In this document: positions 61,027-64,000 of the stretch, in pieces
Layout of the letters: the number at the start of each line of letters is the position of its first letter
Numbering within the stretch: position 1 is the first letter of the stretch
Source of the DNA: a bacterium
Lineage (GTDB): Bacteria; Bacillota_I; Bacilli_A; RFN20; CAG-826
Reading direction: 5' to 3'
NCBI GenBank assembly: GCA_963617535.1
Contig: CAVEPD010000002.1
Location: 23,917 to 87,916, forward strand
Length of the DNA stretch: 64,000 nucleotides
Position numbers and translations under genes: made by a program
Notes under the pieces: generated by a model
What the model was told of the DNA's origin: nothing
Databases searched by the model: none
What the model saw: only the letters and a program-made list of their open reading frames with translations

Positions 61027-63621
61027 ATGGATAAGAAAGTTAAATTTGATGTAAGCGGCATGACCTGCGCCGCTTGCTCCGCTCATGTTCAAAAGGCCGT
61101 TTCCTCGTTGCCTGGCGTGAAGGAAGCTGATGTTAGTTTGCTAACGAATTCGATGGTTGTCTCATTTGACTCCTCCACTAACGAGCGGGGTATCTGCGAG
61201 GCCGTTAAGAAAGCCGGCTATGGCGCGAAAGTGTCTGGAACAGCAGGGAATAAGAAAGAAACGATCGCCGACGAAGAAACGCCTAAACTAGTTCGGAGAC
61301 TGATTGTTTCGCTTGTTCTCTTGATCCCGCTTTTCTATTTTTCCATGGGCTATATGAACCATAGCTGGGGATGGCCTTTAGGAGTGATTGGTGAGAATCC
61401 CTTCTATTATGGGATTTTGGCAATGTGCCTATCGCTAGCCATCCTGCTTATCAACCACGCTTTCTTCGTTTCGGGCTTCCGTTCCTTGATTCACGGAGGG
61501 CCTAATATGGACACGCTTGTCTCTCTCGGAAGTGGGATCGCGTTCATTTATGGCGTCGTCGTCTTGTTCCTGATGTCTTCCCTCCTTGGGCCTGAGATGG
61601 GTGAGGCGGGTTGGAAAAAGGTGATGTCTCTTTCCATGGGTCTGACATTCGAAACCGCTGGCATGGTGCCGACGCTCATTACGATTGGGAAAACCCTGGA
61701 ATCTTTTTCGAAAGGGAAAACTACCAACGCCATCAAATCTTTGCTCGACTTGTCTCCAAAAGAAGCTCATGTTCTTCGGGACGGCAAGGAGGAAACCATT
61801 CCGACGGAGAATGTTTTGACTGGAGATATTTTCTTCGTCCGCCCCGGCGAGGCAATTCCCGTAGACGGCGTTGTCTTAGAAGGAGAAAGTGCTGTAGATG
61901 AATCTGCTTTAAGCGGAGAAAGCATCCCGGTCGATAAAAAAGCCAATGACCGCGTATCGAGCGGAACGATTAATAAGAACGGCGCATTGCAATGTAAGGC
62001 TACTCAAGTGGGCAGCCAAACCACCTTACAACAAATCGTGAAGATGGTTGAAGACGCGGCAATGAGCAAAGCCAAGATTTCTCGGATTGCGGACAAAGTG
62101 TCCGGCATCTTTGTCCCTGCGGTTCTCCTCATCGCTTTGATCGTGTTGCTTGGCTGGCTCATTTTCGGTGGCAATTACGTTAATGGGGCCTTTAACGGCG
62201 AGATGAGCACTTTGACTTATTCTCTTGAACGATGCGTTTCGGTTCTTGTTGTGGCGTGCCCTTGCGCGCTTGGCTTAGCCACTCCTGTAGCGATTATGGT
62301 CGGCTCAGGCAAAGGAGCTAAGAATGGAATTCTATTTAAAACGGCTTCCGCCTTGGAAGAGACTGGGAAAGTCGATTTTGTTCTTCTCGATAAGACGGGC
62401 ACGTTAACGAAAGGCACTCCAACCGTGACGGATGTTATCCCTTTTGGCGAACACAATTCGGATGAGCTTCTTGCCCTTGCCTACTCTTTGGAAACATCCT
62501 CTGAGCACCCTTTGGCCAAAGCGATTGTCGAGAAAGGAACAGAAAAAGGAATAAATCCTGAGCGAGTCACAAACTTTAAGGCCATCTCGGGCGCAGGCGT
62601 CTCTGGGCTTATTGGTGGCATTGTTTGCTATGGCGGGAAAGCCGCTTTGTTTGAGGACAAGGTTCATTTGGATTCTAAGACATTAGAAATTGTTGCTGGC
62701 TTATCAAATGAAGGCAAAACTCCCCTTCTTTTTGCAAAAGGAAACGACTTTTGCGGGGTTATCGCAGTTTCTGATTCTTTAAAAGAAGACTCGAAGAAAG
62801 CCGTCGAGGAATTCAAAAATCTAGGTTTAATCCCCGTGATGCTTACTGGGGATAACTTAAGGACTGCTACTTATGTCGCGAGAGAGGCAGGCATTGAATA
62901 TGTGAAAGCCGACCTTCTGCCAGGTGACAAATTAGCCTTTGTAGAATCCCTTAAAAAGATTGGTCGCGTCGCGATGGTCGGTGATGGGATTAACGATGCT
63001 CCCTCGTTGACTGCGGCGGATATTGGGATTGCAATCGGCGCCGGGAGCGACGTTGCGATTGATTCGGCGGACGTGGTTTTGATGAAAGGAACTCTTCGTG
63101 ATGCCGCTGCAGCCATTCGGCTTTCTATGCACGCCCTTTTAAATATCAAAGAAAACTTATTTTGGGCATTCTTCTATAACCTCATCATGATCCCCGTTGC
63201 TGCAGGAGCTTTTTCTGGCCTTGGTTTAGCGAAGCTGAAACCTTGGTATGGGGCCGCGGCGATGGCTTTATCTTCGGTAACCGTTGTTTGCAATGCCTTA
63301 AGAATTAACCTTTTCGATATTTATAAGAACCACACTTGCCATAGAAAAGTTAAAATTAATCTCGAAGACGTTGATAAACTCTTGTCTACAAAGAAAGAAG
63401 GAATTGTTATGAAAAAAGAAATCGTTATCTCCGGGATGATGTGCGAACACTGCGCCGCCCACGTGAAGAACGCTCTTGAAACGGTTACTGGAGTGAAAAG
63501 CGTCCAAGTGATTTTAGCTGATAAGAAAGCTATCGTTGAGTCGGAGGGGAACGTTGAAAATTCCGCTCTTGGCGACGCCGTTACCAAAGCCGGCTACAAA
63601 GTCGTCTCGATTAACGATTAA
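61027..63621 (+). CDS. copA: Copper-translocating P1B-type ATPase CopA with N-terminal HMA and an additional C-terminal HMA (CopZ-like) domain
   Basis: N-terminal GMTCAACSAHV; CPC in TM6; DKTGTLT; GDGINDAP; C-terminal KEIVISGMMCEHCAAHV. An internal GAAGGA-N6-ATG at 63397-63411 precedes the C-terminal HMA. Confidence 0.9.
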   Translation: MDKKVKFDVSGMTCAACSAHVQKAVSSLPGVKEADVSLLTNSMVVSFDSSTNERGICEAVKKAGYGAKVSGTAGNKKETIADEETPKLVRRLIVSLVLLIPLFYFSMGYMNHSWGWPLGVIGENPFYYGILAMCLSLAILLINHAFFVSGFRSLIHGGPNMDTLVSLGSGIAFIYGVVVLFLMSSLLGPEMGEAGWKKVMSLSMGLTFETAGMVPTLITIGKTLESFSKGKTTNAIKSLLDLSPKEAHVLRDGKEETIPTENVLTGDIFFVRPGEAIPVDGVVLEGESAVDESALSGESIPVDKKANDRVSSGTINKNGALQCKATQVGSQTTLQQIVKMVEDAAMSKAKISRIADKVSGIFVPAVLLIALIVLLGWLIFGGNYVNGAFNGEMSTLTYSLERCVSVLVVACPCALGLATPVAIMVGSGKGAKNGILFKTASALEETGKVDFVLLDKTGTLTKGTPTVTDVIPFGEHNSDELLALAYSLETSSEHPLAKAIVEKGTEKGINPERVTNFKAISGAGVSGLIGGIVCYGGKAALFEDKVHLDSKTLEIVAGLSNEGKTPLLFAKGNDFCGVIAVSDSLKEDSKKAVEEFKNLGLIPVMLTGDNLRTATYVAREAGIEYVKADLLPGDKLAFVESLKKIGRVAMVGDGINDAPSLTAADIGIAIGAGSDVAIDSADVVLMKGTLRDAAAAIRLSMHALLNIKENLFWAFFYNLIMIPVAAGAFSGLGLAKLKPWYGAAAMALSSVTVVCNALRINLFDIYKNHTCHRKVKINLEDVDKLLSTKKEGIVMKKEIVISGMMCEHCAAHVKNALETVTGVKSVQVILADKKAIVESEGNVENSALGDAVTKAGYKVVSIND

Positions 63622-64000
63622 GCCAGAAGCGCGATGAGCTCATCTTGAAGCCCAGCCACGACTTCTAATTTTCCGTTATCGTTATACAAATCGGTTTCGC
63701 TGCGCATACCAAAATCGGGCGCGTAAACCCCCGGCTCATCCGAGAATGACGTGCCTGAAAGCAAAATTCTTTCATCGTGCGTTTCGTAATTGTCCAGGTT
63801 TGCGCCTGGGCCATGCGGGGAAACATCGTCGGCGATGTTGTGCCCGACTCTATGAACAAAGTAATCCCCGTACCCAGCGTCGGATATTATTTTTCTAGCG
63901 ACGTCGTCTGCTTCATAAGCGTGGACGTTCCTTAAAGGAAGTTCCTTCTTCAAAAATGAGATAACTCCATCCCTAGCCGCTTTAACAATGGCAAAGCGGT
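63618..64000 (-). CDS. M24 family metallopeptidase (Xaa-Pro aminopeptidase-like), 3' part; gene starts beyond the window end
   Basis: Frame is open from 64000 down to the stop at 63618; FVHRVGHNIADDVSPHG resembles the M24 HxxGHxxG metal-binding region; the track start at 63953 is TTG. Confidence 0.6.
   Translation of the reverse strand, partial: RFAIVKAARDGVISFLKKELPLRNVHAYEADDVARKIISDAGYGDYFVHRVGHNIADDVSPHGPGANLDNYETHDERILLSGTSFSDEPGVYAPDFGMRSETDLYNDNGKLEVVAGLQDELIALLA

Overview
The window reads as a contiguous chromosomal segment of a Firmicutes-like (Bacillota-type) bacterium. Three things point that way: the conserved gene orders pcrA-ligA followed by gatCAB and tsaE-tsaB(rimI)-tsaD; ECF-type vitamin S-components; and a fakB/fakA (DegV/YloV) pair. 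GC content looks moderate by eye, and stop/start overlaps of the ATGA type are frequent, indicating dense operons. I found no rRNA, tRNA, CRISPR array, transposase or integrase.

Housekeeping genes I recognise with confidence: fucI, tex, ung, a thiamine pyrophosphokinase gene, asnS, pcrA, ligA, gatC/gatA/gatB, galE, tsaE, tsaD, a fused tsaB-rimI, an M13 endopeptidase, an M18 aminopeptidase, a csoR-copA copper-efflux operon and the partial 3' end of an M24 peptidase gene. RNA and regulatory elements: a clear TPP riboswitch with terminator upstream of thiT, a palindromic CsoR-type operator upstream of csoR, and several rho-independent terminators.

The accessory or unusual content, in order:
- A large Tyr/Gly-rich ORF truncated at the 5' window edge, followed in the same frame by a 1011-aa gene with a WYL-like N-terminus, a Upf1-like SF1B helicase core and a C-terminal DUF559-type endonuclease. 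This is my best candidate for a single-gene nucleic-acid defence effector of the Nhi/WYL-helicase type.
- A membrane GGDEF protein.
- A 753-aa lipoprotein with a toxin-like helical and beta-rich layout and a 972-aa secreted protein flanking a lone fucI gene.
- An eight-gene operon that extends fakB-fakA with an ABC ATPase, novel membrane proteins and a lipoprotein, running into a glycan cluster (TupA-like ATP-grasp, Wzx flippase, three glycosyltransferases).
- An operon of three membrane proteins that includes a Gln/Pro-rich repeat protein.
- A membrane-anchored tandem YegP/DUF1508 protein containing a perfect 30-bp x ~6 tandem repeat.
- A CopA carrying a C-terminal CopZ-like domain preceded by an internal RBS and ATG.

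All calls rest on reading the six-frame ORF track and recognising motifs by eye. No database search was run.
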